A stretch of DNA of 64,000 bases from Bacteroidales bacterium (GCA_035719105.1 DASTGN010000003.1:70979-134978), one strand, 5' to 3'. Positions 22,674 through 32,453 are shown, numbered from the stretch's first letter. Numbers and translations: made by a program. Notes: a model not told the origin generated them from the letters alone.

Positions 22674-22685
22674 GGTAGTTTCGTA

Positions 22686-23924
22686 TTATTCGTAACGGAT
22701 GGAATCGATGGGTTTCAAATTCGCAGCATTCTTAGCAGGCAAGTAACCAAAACTGATGCCGACTAAAACTGAAAAACCGAAGGCTACGATCACCGAATAG
22801 GGTCTGATAAAGGTATTGACATCCGTAAACAGCGAAATGGTCAGCGATAAACTGACTCCCAGAATGACTCCAATAATTCCGCCTGTGATGCTGATAGCCA
22901 CAGCTTCCGTGACAAATTGGCTCATGATGTCGGACTTTTTTGCACCGATGGCTCTTCGTATACCAATTTCACGGGTTCGTTCCATGACAGTCGCCAACAT
23001 GATGTTCATAATTCCGATTCCTCCCACCACCAAGGATATGGCGGCAATGGCACCCAACAAAAAATTATAGATTTGCCTTTCCTTTTCTTCTTGTTTCAAG
23101 AGTTCATAAGGAATGACCAAAGAATAGTCTACATTGTTGAAATGGTGCCTAATAAGAATGCCTCGTATCAAATCGGCAATTTCCATCAGTTTTTCTGAAT
23201 TTTCTACCTGAACCGTAATTTGCTGAATCTGACTGGTTAAAGCGTTTTCAGGTGAAAATCGGTTTAAAAAGGTAGTCAAGGGTACATAGATATCGGTATT
23301 CAAGTCGCGAGATGCCAATTCACCGACCGTTTCGGTAAAAACAGCCTTCGATTGGAGCACACCAATGACTTCGAGCCACTGATCGTCCACTTTGACCATT
23401 TTACCTACTGCTTCTTGTTGCTGAAATAAGGCTTTAGCAACCCCGGCTCCCAACACACAGACTTTCAAATTGCGTTTGTAGTGATCTTCGTTGATGAAAA
23501 TGCCTTTTTCAGTTTTGAAATTAAGCATTTTAATGTAATCTGGCGTAATTCCGATGATGGTCGATTTAGAAGATTTGTCTGCGTATTTTACGTCTGTGTT
23601 GATTTCTGCCTGAGGGGCAACGCGTTTTACACCTGGCACCACTTCCTTGATGACCTGAGCATCGGTCATAGAAAGGCCTTGTGAAAATTTTGCGCGTACT
23701 TCTTCCAATTCCTCATTGGTAAACTGCTTATCTCGGATGATTATGTTGTTCACACCCAAATCCTGATATTTGGCAATAGCCTGTCTTTTAGCACCTTCAC
23801 CTATGGAAAGCATGGAAATAACCGAGGCGACTCCAAAAATAATTCCTAACATGGTTAAAAAAGACCGGAATTTGTGATCGGTCAGTCCTGTCAGGGCGAC
23901 TCGTATGTTTTCTTCGTATTGCAT
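22686..23924 (-). CDS. ABC transporter permease, FtsX/MacB-type (4 TM with a large periplasmic domain)
   Basis: 412 aa with the MacB_PCD-like N-terminal architecture and a C-terminal FtsX domain. Confidence 0.85.
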   Translation of the reverse strand: MQYEENIRVALTGLTDHKFRSFLTMLGIIFGVASVISMLSIGEGAKRQAIAKYQDLGVNNIIIRDKQFTNEELEEVRAKFSQGLSMTDAQVIKEVVPGVKRVAPQAEINTDVKYADKSSKSTIIGITPDYIKMLNFKTEKGIFINEDHYKRNLKVCVLGAGVAKALFQQQEAVGKMVKVDDQWLEVIGVLQSKAVFTETVGELASRDLNTDIYVPLTTFLNRFSPENALTSQIQQITVQVENSEKLMEIADLIRGILIRHHFNNVDYSLVIPYELLKQEEKERQIYNFLLGAIAAISLVVGGIGIMNIMLATVMERTREIGIRRAIGAKKSDIMSQFVTEAVAISITGGIIGVILGVSLSLTISLFTDVNTFIRPYSVIVAFGFSVLVGISFGYLPAKNAANLKPIDSIRYE

Positions 23925-23929
23925 GGAGG

Positions 23930-25132
23930 TTAATCTTTCTGAATTTCTTCTACCGGAACCAATCGTTGTCCTTTCTTAAAATCACCATAAATCACTATTT
24001 GAGTATTGTTGGAAGGCCCAATTTTCACATTGACCGGGATATATCCCTGACCTTTCTTCAAGTAGACGCAATGCCCGGTTTTGGTTGTATCGATGCAACT
24101 CAACGGTACATAAACAACATTTTTCAATTCTTTGCAAAAGAATTCGCAACTAACCGTCATGCCGGGTTTCAAGCGCTGATCTTCATCCAGCAATTTTACC
24201 TCTACATCAAAAACCTTCTGTTTGGATTTTTGATCTTTACGGTAACAAAGCTTTTCGATGAGTGAAACTTCGCCTCTGAAGGTCACATCGGGCATGGCAT
24301 CCAATCGTACAATAACTTTTTGGCCAACATTTATCTTTTGATAGTCGAATTCATTGATTTGAGTCTCCACTTTCATTTTTGTCAAATTGGGAACATTTCC
24401 CATATTGTTGCCTTGATAAACTTGATCTCCGATTTTCAACACCGATCCGTTTCTACGATTTCTTGCAATCTGGAATATGCCTGAAATAGGCGTGCGAATG
24501 GTCAGCTTGGGCAAAACTTCATAAGCGCTTTTAATATTTTTTTTGATCTGATTGATTCGAATTCGTTGGATGATCAAGTCGTTTTTTTCGACCGTTTTAT
24601 TGAACTCAATACTCCTTTTTACCTTGGCCAAGGCAATTTTTTCCTGTTCGAATTCCAACTCCTTCGACTTTCTGATTTGATTGGATTCAAACTTGGTGTA
24701 TTCCATTTCCAACTTTTTCAAATTAAAAGAAGCCATTCCGTTTTTAAGATTGGTTTCCAATTCGGCTCGCGTATTGTTCTGATTCACCAACAATTTGTCC
24801 ATATTGGCTTGTTCAGTTTCTAACTGACCTTCCAAATCGATGATCACTTTCTTGACATCCGTCGGATCCAATTGAATAATGGAATCTCCTACCTTGACTT
24901 CGGTTCCATGATCCAGAATTCCAATGATTTTCATTTGATACCAGTAATTTCCATAACGGGGCAAAATGAATGCCTTAGTCTCAACAGCAGCTAATTCACC
25001 AGTTTCAATGACCGTTTGATGAAAAGTACCCTTGTTGATTTTGTAACTATCCAACGGATTACCCGAACATGAAACCATCAATGAAAGGATGGCAGGGGCT
25101 AAAAGTCCCAAACGTATGATGCTTCGCTTCAT
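23930..25132 (-). CDS. Efflux periplasmic adaptor (HlyD/membrane-fusion protein), lipoprotein, paralogue 3
   Basis: 400 aa with lipobox LMVSC. Shares the GTF..V.ETGE...DG.EV..GD....DP..VKK pattern and coiled coil with the two upstream ORFs. Confidence 0.85.
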   Translation of the reverse strand: MKRSIIRLGLLAPAILSLMVSCSGNPLDSYKINKGTFHQTVIETGELAAVETKAFILPRYGNYWYQMKIIGILDHGTEVKVGDSIIQLDPTDVKKVIIDLEGQLETEQANMDKLLVNQNNTRAELETNLKNGMASFNLKKLEMEYTKFESNQIRKSKELEFEQEKIALAKVKRSIEFNKTVEKNDLIIQRIRINQIKKNIKSAYEVLPKLTIRTPISGIFQIARNRRNGSVLKIGDQVYQGNNMGNVPNLTKMKVETQINEFDYQKINVGQKVIVRLDAMPDVTFRGEVSLIEKLCYRKDQKSKQKVFDVEVKLLDEDQRLKPGMTVSCEFFCKELKNVVYVPLSCIDTTKTGHCVYLKKGQGYIPVNVKIGPSNNTQIVIYGDFKKGQRLVPVEEIQKD

Positions 25133-26376
25133 TTTACCTCTTTTTGGGTGGTTTTCGTATCTTTAGAACCCTTGGTCTCTTTGACGGCAAAGGGGTCAGC
25201 CATGGCAACTACATCGCCTGCTTTCAGACCTTTGGTAATGATGATGTGATCGGTGTTGGATACGCCGGTTTCCACCACTCTTTTTTCAAAACCATTCTTT
25301 GTCTTCAAATACACATATTCTTCTAAGCCATTGGTTTGAACACCATCGATGGGGATAAATACGACGTTGTTGATTTTACGAACCAACATACGACAACTGA
25401 CAGATAAGCCTGGAAGTAATTTTTTTCCACCTTCGTGAATGAGAATATCGACTGGAAATACTTTAATTTTAGTGGAACCTTCTTTATTGACAGCAAGGTT
25501 AGCCACCGACATGACCTCACCATAATAAACACTATCTGAAAAAGCGTCGGGTTTGATTTCCACTTTAAGCCCTTTGGTAATTTTTGAAATATCAACCTCA
25601 TTGATTTGCACGGTCGCTTTCAGTTGTTTTAAGTTTGGCAGCTGAATTAGGTTTTGTCCCGACCAACATTGGTCTCCGACTTGAAATTTGACATCACTGC
25701 TCCAGTTGCGATTGATTATGGCTATACCTGGGGCAGGTGAGGCCAAAAATAACCTTTCCAGGGTTTCATGTGCTTCTTTCAACCTGGTTTTGTCCTGTTC
25801 GATGGACAACATCTTTTGCTTGACGTCCTCTGCCTGAATCTTGATTTGGTTGTTGATTTGTTCTTTTGCACGAGCCAAGGCGATGTTTGCCTTATCTAAG
25901 TTGAGTTGAATTTCCTTACGTTTGATATTGGCTTCGTAGGTAGCCGATTCAAATTGAATTTTCGAAATTTCTTGTGAAAGTCTGGTGACTTCGTAATCGG
26001 CCCGTTGTTCTTCCAAATCGGATTGTTGCTGTGCTTTCATTTTTTCCAATTCAGCATAACTCATTTCAAGCCTGGCTTCAGCTTCGACAATGGCTTTTTT
26101 TACTTCGGAAGGATCGAATACCAACAACGTATCGCCTTCCTCTACTTCTTTGCCATCTTTGACTATTTGGGTTATTTTTAATGTGCCATACCTCCAGGAA
26201 ATGTTGGGAGATGTTACGTTTATTGATTTAATGGCCTGAATTTCACCCGTTTCGATTACATCTAAGTAAAAAGTGCCTTTTACCGCCTTACTGACAGGGA
26301 CTTCCACTGTTTCCTTCTTGTTGCAAGAAAACAATAAAAGGGCGATGCACAAAAGCATTGTGATTTTTCTCATCAT
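25129..26376 (-). CDS. Efflux periplasmic adaptor (HlyD/MFP), lipoprotein, paralogue 2
   Basis: 415 aa with lipobox LLFSC and the same domain pattern. It overlaps paralogue 3 by 4 nt. Confidence 0.85.
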   Translation of the reverse strand: MMRKITMLLCIALLLFSCNKKETVEVPVSKAVKGTFYLDVIETGEIQAIKSINVTSPNISWRYGTLKITQIVKDGKEVEEGDTLLVFDPSEVKKAIVEAEARLEMSYAELEKMKAQQQSDLEEQRADYEVTRLSQEISKIQFESATYEANIKRKEIQLNLDKANIALARAKEQINNQIKIQAEDVKQKMLSIEQDKTRLKEAHETLERLFLASPAPGIAIINRNWSSDVKFQVGDQCWSGQNLIQLPNLKQLKATVQINEVDISKITKGLKVEIKPDAFSDSVYYGEVMSVANLAVNKEGSTKIKVFPVDILIHEGGKKLLPGLSVSCRMLVRKINNVVFIPIDGVQTNGLEEYVYLKTKNGFEKRVVETGVSNTDHIIITKGLKAGDVVAMADPFAVKETKGSKDTKTTQKEVK

Positions 26377-26386
26377 ATGGATTCAA

Positions 26387-27682
26387 CTAATTGGATTTGT
26401 TTTTCTGATTTTGAGCTGGCTTTTTTGCCAAAACGTTTATTGATGGCTTGGTTTTTTGAACAGGTTTCGGAAGTAATGTAGTCTTTTTAATTTTCGCGGA
26501 AGAGGGTTTGTTCAACGAAAGGCTCTCTTTTCCTGTTAGTCCTCTAGAAATGACGGCTAATTTAGGAGAAGATGGGCCTATTTCTATCTGACGTTTTTCA
26601 AATCCGCCAGAATGTTTTACATAGACCATTTTCATTGAGTCTTCTTCGAAAATGGCAATTTGAGGCACGACGATGGTGTCCTTGACCCGCTGAAGGATGA
26701 TGTTACAAGATACAGATAATCCTGGGGTAGGCAATTCTTTCCACGATTCCATGGAAGCTTCCACTTCAAAAAACTTGACTTTTGATTTTCTGGAAATGGG
26801 TCGACCTACCGGTGCCTTGCTCAGGATTTTTCCTGAAGCAGTGTTGCCCGGCATTGCATCAAAGGTATATTCTACTAAATCATTGATATTGATTCTTTTA
26901 TAACTTGCTTCAGATGCTTGTATCTTGACCTTCATTTCCGTCATGTCAGGTATGTTGATGATGGGCATGTTTGCATACACGTGGTCACCTTCTTGGACTT
27001 TATTTCCAGTTTGCCAAGAAATGGCGCGCACCACCATACCCGATTGAGATGCTTTGATGGTCATCATATCAATCATATCCATCATGCTGGCTAGTCGGTT
27101 TTCCCTATTTTGAATTTGAAGTTCCATCCGCCTAATCTGGTTTTTATTGATAATATCCAGTGCTCGAAGCTTTTTTGTAAGCTTATTTCTTATAATGGCG
27201 GCTTTTTGTAGTTCCAATTCCTTGACACGACGCTGCACTGGTGAAGCATAAATCAATTGCAATGAGTCCAGGTTTGCGATGGATGTTTGAACGGCGTTGG
27301 TTTTTACCTGAGCATCCAACTGAGCATATCGCATATCAAGATTGGCCCTGACTTTTGCCATGACAGCTTTGGAATTTTCCACTTCAATTTCCAACTGATC
27401 AATGACATCCTGTGTTTCACGATTTTCCAATTGACAAACTAAATCGCCAGGTTCCACGTGCGTTCCGTCTTCAATCAAATAAACAATTTCCCCTTCCAAT
27501 TGCTGTGGACAAGATAAGGTGACGGAACGAACGGCATCCACCGTGCCATCAATCGTCAAAATATCTTCAAAATTCGTATGGTTTATATGATTTATGAGGA
27601 TTTCCTTCTTTTCCGTCTCTTGGCAACAAGTTAGGATCATTCCAAAAAGAAGAAGGGCTAAGAGCAAAAAAGGCTTGTTCAT
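26387..27682 (-). CDS. Efflux periplasmic adaptor (HlyD/MFP), lipoprotein, paralogue 1
   Basis: The likely start is ATG 27682 (MNKPFLLLALLLFGMILTCCQ), while the track ORF extends to 27751. It carries a Lys/Pro-rich C-terminal tail. Confidence 0.8.
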   Translation of the reverse strand: MNKPFLLLALLLFGMILTCCQETEKKEILINHINHTNFEDILTIDGTVDAVRSVTLSCPQQLEGEIVYLIEDGTHVEPGDLVCQLENRETQDVIDQLEIEVENSKAVMAKVRANLDMRYAQLDAQVKTNAVQTSIANLDSLQLIYASPVQRRVKELELQKAAIIRNKLTKKLRALDIINKNQIRRMELQIQNRENRLASMMDMIDMMTIKASQSGMVVRAISWQTGNKVQEGDHVYANMPIINIPDMTEMKVKIQASEASYKRININDLVEYTFDAMPGNTASGKILSKAPVGRPISRKSKVKFFEVEASMESWKELPTPGLSVSCNIILQRVKDTIVVPQIAIFEEDSMKMVYVKHSGGFEKRQIEIGPSSPKLAVISRGLTGKESLSLNKPSSAKIKKTTLLPKPVQKTKPSINVLAKKPAQNQKNKSN

Positions 27683-27825
27683 TTCGAAAATACTGGCAGT
27701 CAAAGAGTGTTTAAATGGTATTGGATATTCATAACTCCATGTTATGAACACTTTATAAACGAAAGGTTTAAAACCATAGTGTAAAACAGGCCGGTTTTAA
27801 CTAAAATTCAGAATGTGAAGGGTTT

Positions 27826-28830
27826 TTAGGCCCGATTGAAATATACATCCAGAACCGTATACCTTTTGCGTGTTTTTATAGCCAAGGGCAATAAATCAAA
27901 AAATTCAAGCTCCGTAAAACGAATGTGCTCTTCGAAAGCGTTCAATAATCCGATTTTCTTAAAATAATGGTGTAATCGTTGGTATTCGTCAAGATCTTGA
28001 CGGACGTGTTTTTCGACCATCAATTGTGCCCAGGAAACTTGAAGGCCATGTAACGTAGATTTTTCTGGAAAGAATTCGTCTATGGCGTGGCTGATGAGGT
28101 GTTCAGAGCCACTGGCAGGTCTGGAGGATTGAGAGAGATTCATGGAAAGGCCTGATAGGATAAGTCCAATGGACAGCTTTTCAATGAATTCATCGGTGAA
28201 AATATCCTTACGGTTAAAATGAAGGATGCCGTCCACACATGACTTTGATAAGTACATGGAGAAATTGTCAATTTTTTCACCAAGCGCTTCAATACCTAAC
28301 TTGCAGTCTTTCACAGCGCTAAGGTTTGAAATAAGGTCTCCGACACCTGCTATTAAAAATAATTCCGGTGACTGTTTGACAATGTCTGTATCCACGATGA
28401 TTCCGATGGGAGATTTCACTCCGTGGCTTTTTTTCACTCCATTTACCGTCAATCGGGCAATGGGCGAGTAAATAGCATCGTTGGTCAGGGTGGAAGGCAT
28501 ACTGATGAACTGATTCTGATGCTTGGTGGCGTACATTTTGACAAAATCAATGACGCTTCCACCTCCAAAGGCGATGAATAGGGCATCGTTGAAGCATTCC
28601 TCATAAACTACCTTATCAATTTCCTCAAAATTGCCACCTTGAATGATGACTACTTTGTAATAGGCTTGTTCGTTGATAAAGTCGTGAAACAGTTCAGCCA
28701 ACTCTTTTTGGGTGAACAAAATCATTTTCTCAAAATACAAATGATTTTTGTTCAATAATGCTCCAAGATCTTGTGCCTTGTTCTTTCCGATTTCTACAAT
28801 TGCAGGAAGGCTGACGTCTCTGTAAAACAT
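27826..28830 (-). CDS. sn-glycerol-1-phosphate dehydrogenase-like (EgsA/AraM family, Fe/Zn-ADH/DHQS-like fold)
   Basis: 334 aa with FGGGSVIDF, AGVGDL and especially SRPASGSEHLISHAIDE. As I recall them, these match the G1PDH signature. Confidence 0.65.
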   Translation of the reverse strand: MFYRDVSLPAIVEIGKNKAQDLGALLNKNHLYFEKMILFTQKELAELFHDFINEQAYYKVVIIQGGNFEEIDKVVYEECFNDALFIAFGGGSVIDFVKMYATKHQNQFISMPSTLTNDAIYSPIARLTVNGVKKSHGVKSPIGIIVDTDIVKQSPELFLIAGVGDLISNLSAVKDCKLGIEALGEKIDNFSMYLSKSCVDGILHFNRKDIFTDEFIEKLSIGLILSGLSMNLSQSSRPASGSEHLISHAIDEFFPEKSTLHGLQVSWAQLMVEKHVRQDLDEYQRLHHYFKKIGLLNAFEEHIRFTELEFFDLLPLAIKTRKRYTVLDVYFNRA

Positions 28831-28831
28831 T

Positions 28832-29251
28832 TCAAGTGGTTTTAATTCGATTTATCAGGTCAGAAGTGCTGATACCACTGGTATATGGCAAAAATTTAAG
28901 TTCAATTTGGTGTTTCTCTACAAACTCAGGAGTGACCCTGATTTGTTGCAAATAAGAGTCGCCCTTCCAATCATCTCCATGGACAATGATATTGATTCCG
29001 TGTTCGATGATGGCATCTTTGTTGTCAAATTCGCGAATAATGAAGGCCTCGTCCACATAGCGGCAAGATTGCACGACTTCCAATCGTTCTTCTTCATTCA
29101 AATAAGGCCTTCGTTTGTATTCAGCAACCATGTCGTCACCATTAATGGCAACGATTAATTTGTCACCGAGTTCTTTAGCTCTTTTTAGAAGGCGTACATG
29201 TCCGGAATGGAACAGGTCAAATACACCTATGACGTATACAATTTTCTGCAT
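28832..29251 (-). CDS. Glycerol-phosphate cytidylyltransferase (TagD-like)
   Basis: GVFDLFHSGH (HxGH), RYVDE and YTSGISTSDLINRI motifs. The ATG at 29251 is preferred over the TTG at 29263. The stop lies 1 nt before the start of the G1PDH-like gene. Confidence 0.8.
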   Translation of the reverse strand: MQKIVYVIGVFDLFHSGHVRLLKRAKELGDKLIVAINGDDMVAEYKRRPYLNEEERLEVVQSCRYVDEAFIIREFDNKDAIIEHGINIIVHGDDWKGDSYLQQIRVTPEFVEKHQIELKFLPYTSGISTSDLINRIKTT

Positions 29252-29314
29252 AAATGACAACAATCGATTAGGAGGTACAAAAGAACGGTTTTCTTCTGTA
29301 TTTCACAACAACCT

Positions 29315-29761
29315 TTAGACTTTCTTCACACTCACTGCGGTCAAGCCCTTAGGGCCGCGCTCCACTTCAAAGGTGACTGCATCGCCTTCTACTACTGATT
29401 GTAGAATTCCACTGACATGCACGAAATAGCGTTCGTCGCTTCCGATTTCACGAATGAAACCAAAACCTTTGGAGCTGTTGAAAAAATCGACTTTACCATG
29501 GTGGACGGGGTCAACGTAGACATCTTCTCGTTTTTGAACGGAGATTTCAATAGACGAAGCCACCACTTTGGTTTTTCGGTTAGGGTCCGGTGGTGTGCTG
29601 GTTATATTACCAAATTCATCTACGTAAGCAATCATACTGTCAAAATCGCTGGCTCCTGGGTTGGATTTGCGTTCTTCAGTTCTAGCTGCTTTTTCCTGAC
29701 GTTTTTGCAAACGTTTTTTTTCTTTTTCTTTCTTGTTGTAAGTTTCCTGCGATTTCGCCAT
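29315..29761 (-). CDS. Cold-shock domain protein with a ~80 aa basic N-terminal extension
   Basis: The C-terminal CSD reads GKVDFFNSSKGFGFIREIGSDERYFVHVS. The N-terminus is rich in K, E and R (KKEKEKKRLQKRQEKAARTEERK). Confidence 0.85.
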   Translation of the reverse strand: MAKSQETYNKKEKEKKRLQKRQEKAARTEERKSNPGASDFDSMIAYVDEFGNITSTPPDPNRKTKVVASSIEISVQKREDVYVDPVHHGKVDFFNSSKGFGFIREIGSDERYFVHVSGILQSVVEGDAVTFEVERGPKGLTAVSVKKV

Positions 29762-29808
29762 TAATGATAAGTGGGTTGGTTATAATTGTTAAAGATAGAT
29801 AGAATTGT

Positions 29809-30933
29809 TTAAAAATCAGGCTTCGAAACGGCAATTTTTTTACCGATTAGTTTTTCAATGTCCCGTATGTAGTTTTTTTCTTCCGTATCACAGAAAGAAT
29901 AGGCAACACCTTTAGCTCCTGCACGTCCAGTACGGCCAATTCGGTGCACATAAGTTTCGGGAATATTAGGTATTTCATAATTGATGACACAGTCCAAATT
30001 GCTGATATCAATGCCTCGTGCTGCGATATCCGTGGCCACCAAAACGCGTATTTGTTGCTCCTTGAAATTGTTCAATGCGCGCTGTCTGGCATTTTGAGAT
30101 TTGTTGCCGTGAATGGCTTCCGATTTGATTTGCTGCTTGGTCAATGTTTTAACGACCTTGTCCGCTCCATGTTTCGTTCGGGTGAACACGAGTGCTGTCT
30201 GAATATTTTTGCTGTTGAGCAAATGGACAAGAAGGGCGTTTTTATCGTTTTTCTCAACATAATACACCGATTGATCGGTCAACTCAACAGTCGAAGAAAC
30301 AGGAGTTACCGTAACTTTTTTGGGATGAACCAAAATACTGTTGGCTAACTTGATGATGCTTGGTGGCATGGTGGCTGAGAAAAACAACGATTGACGTTTG
30401 CTTGGAATCACAGCCAGTATTTTTTTTACATCGTGTATGAAACCCATGTCCAGCATTCTATCGGCTTCGTCCAAGACAAAAATCTGGATGTCTCGAAGAC
30501 TCACAAAACCTTGATGTTGAAGGTCCAACAATCGTCCTGGTGTAGCAATCAGTACGTCCACTCCTTTACGTAAGGCGGTTATCTGTGGATTTTGATTGAC
30601 ACCACCCAGCAAAACCGTGTTGGTCAAAGGGCAATGTCGACCATAAGCATCGAAGCTTTCACCAATTTGGATGGCCAATTCACGTGTAGGAGTGACAATG
30701 AGGCAACGAATGAGCCGTTTTTTCTCATTGGACGGTGTTTTACACAGTAATTGAATGATGGGTATGGCAAAGGCGGCCGTTTTTCCTGTTCCGGTCTGTG
30801 CGCAGCCTAAAATGTCGTTGCCTTCGAGTACGAGAGGAATGGCTTGTTCCTGAATGGGAGTGGGTTGGGTGTAACCTTCTTCTTGAAGAGCTGTTAAAAT
30901 GGGTTTGGATATCTGAAGAGTTTCAAAATTCAT
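29809..30933 (-). CDS. DEAD-box ATP-dependent RNA helicase (RhlE-like)
   Basis: [15 protein letters not shown] and [10 protein letters not shown] motifs. The start is taken at ATG 30933 ([13 protein letters not shown]). Confidence 0.9.
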   Translation of the reverse strand: MNFETLQISKPILTALQEEGYTQPTPIQEQAIPLVLEGNDILGCAQTGTGKTAAFAIPIIQLLCKTPSNEKKRLIRCLIVTPTRELAIQIGESFDAYGRHCPLTNTVLLGGVNQNPQITALRKGVDVLIATPGRLLDLQHQGFVSLRDIQIFVLDEADRMLDMGFIHDVKKILAVIPSKRQSLFFSATMPPSIIKLANSILVHPKKVTVTPVSSTVELTDQSVYYVEKNDKNALLVHLLNSKNIQTALVFTRTKHGADKVVKTLTKQQIKSEAIHGNKSQNARQRALNNFKEQQIRVLVATDIAARGIDISNLDCVINYEIPNIPETYVHRIGRTGRAGAKGVAYSFCDTEEKNYIRDIEKLIGKKIAVSKPDF

Positions 30934-31116
30934 AAAGGGGATATTAATTATATAATAGATTGCCGTCATCAAGACGTCAGCAATAGGCTAATCCGTTTAA
31001 ATTGGCGGGATCCTTAGAAAATGAACAGTCGAGAGTGGATAGAACGGTGCAGGAATGTGCAACAAGTATCAAAAACTCGGAAATCGAGTCTTTTTAAAAG
31101 AACCGCTGCAAAGATA

Positions 31117-31153
31117 CAAAAAAAACGCGGGTACTAGGTGCACCTGCGTTTTT
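31117..31153 (-). terminator. Intrinsic (bidirectional-looking) terminator after the FMN reductase gene
   Basis: An 8-bp stem pairs acgcgggt (31125-31132) with acctgcgt (31142-31149). An A-run precedes it and a T-run follows on the plus strand, so a T8 tail follows the hairpin on the minus strand. Confidence 0.6.
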
Positions 31154-31175
31154 AAAGTTCAAAATGAATGGGACT

Positions 31176-31721
31176 TCAACTCAGTTTTTCAACCCAGGCA
31201 GCGAATTCCGCCATGTAGTTGGTCAAAAAAGTACGAGTGGATTCATCCGATAAATTTCCCTCTGCGTCAAAAAGCGTATGCGCGGATCCAATGTATGCTT
31301 CCGGTTGATCCATCGTGTGAACATCCAGATAGGACAAGACTTGACGTAAATGATGATTGGAACCAAATCCACCAAGTCCGCCAGGTGAAACACTGATGAC
31401 GGCTCCCGGCTTACCGCCCCAAACACTTGCGCCCCATGGACGTGATGCCACATCGAGTGCGTTTTTAAGTGCACCACTAAAGGAACGATTGTATTCCGGT
31501 GTCAAAAACAACACCGCATCAACCGATTTGATTTTTTCACGAAAGGCAGTCCATTCTGCCGGAGGTGTTGGGTCCAAGTCCTGATTATACATCTGCAATT
31601 GTCCAATTTCTACAATTTCCAGTGAGAGGGATGCTGGAGCCAACTTGATGGCTGCCTTGGCTGTGAGTCTATTAAGTGAATTCTTCTGTAGGCTTCCTAC
31701 GATAACTGCAACTTTTTTCAT
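31176..31721 (-). CDS. NAD(P)H-dependent FMN reductase (ChrR/YieF-like flavodoxin fold)
   Basis: MKKVAVIVGSLQKNSLNR... N-terminus. The start is ATG 31721, while the track ORF extends to 31757. Confidence 0.8.
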   Translation of the reverse strand: MKKVAVIVGSLQKNSLNRLTAKAAIKLAPASLSLEIVEIGQLQMYNQDLDPTPPAEWTAFREKIKSVDAVLFLTPEYNRSFSGALKNALDVASRPWGASVWGGKPGAVISVSPGGLGGFGSNHHLRQVLSYLDVHTMDQPEAYIGSAHTLFDAEGNLSDESTRTFLTNYMAEFAAWVEKLS

Positions 31722-31835
31722 AATGTCTTGTTGTTTGAATGAGTGCGCAAGATACAATACCTTTTATAGATCGGGCGGAATTTCTTTATTGAATTTATTG
31801 ATGAGCCAATAAAGAATAATTAAAATGGACTTACC

Positions 31836-32453
31836 TTAAATGGTAAGGAATTTTTCTTTGGCAGTACCGCAAAAGGCGCAAGCTGATTCTACCATAGTGG
31901 CATCGTACGTATTTCCACAAACTGGACAAACTACATATCCGACCGGCAAGCCGGGAACATTCATCGAACTGATGGCATCCATAGCTTTGGTGTAAAACGT
32001 TTTGTGTTTCATTTCAGTGTCCATAGCCCAATTAAAGGATTTGACCGCTTTATCCACTTTTTCAGCTTTAGCAGCTTCAAGGAACCCTGGGTACATGGTA
32101 TTTGCCTCATAACTTTCACCATCAATCGCAGCTTGAAGATTTTCCGAAGTTGCTTTAACTTCAAATTCGGGCGCGAAAGTTTCCATCTTTTCACCCAACG
32201 ATTCCAAAACTTTCAAATGATTGGCAGCATGAATGGATTCAGCTTTCGAGGCTGCTTCAAAGAGTTTGGCAATGGGTTCAAAGCCTTCTAACCTCGCTTT
32301 TTCGGCAAAAGCCAAGTATTTGGCACTAGCCGTGGTTTCTCCTTTGATACCTGCTTTCAGGTTTTCAATGGTTTTAATTGGTTTGGGTTGACTACAACCG
32401 GTGAATGCCATCAGAGCAAAGATGGACAAAAACAATACAATACTTTTTTTCAT
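31836..32453 (-). CDS. Rubrerythrin family protein with a lipoprotein signal peptide
   Basis: The signal reads MKKSIVLFLSIFALMAFTGC. The di-iron ligand pattern is E...ExxH (KAESIH) and E...ExxH (DTEMKH). The C-terminus has a rubredoxin-like CPVC...CAFC. Confidence 0.8.
   Translation of the reverse strand: MKKSIVLFLSIFALMAFTGCSQPKPIKTIENLKAGIKGETTASAKYLAFAEKARLEGFEPIAKLFEAASKAESIHAANHLKVLESLGEKMETFAPEFEVKATSENLQAAIDGESYEANTMYPGFLEAAKAEKVDKAVKSFNWAMDTEMKHKTFYTKAMDAISSMNVPGLPVGYVVCPVCGNTYDATMVESACAFCGTAKEKFLTI

Noticed and set aside
31055-31396. A 113-aa plus-strand ORF in the DEAD-box/FMN-reductase intergenic region.
   Set aside because: It runs through the terminator hairpin and is antisense to the 3' half of the FMN reductase gene. 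It has no motifs and is judged non-coding.
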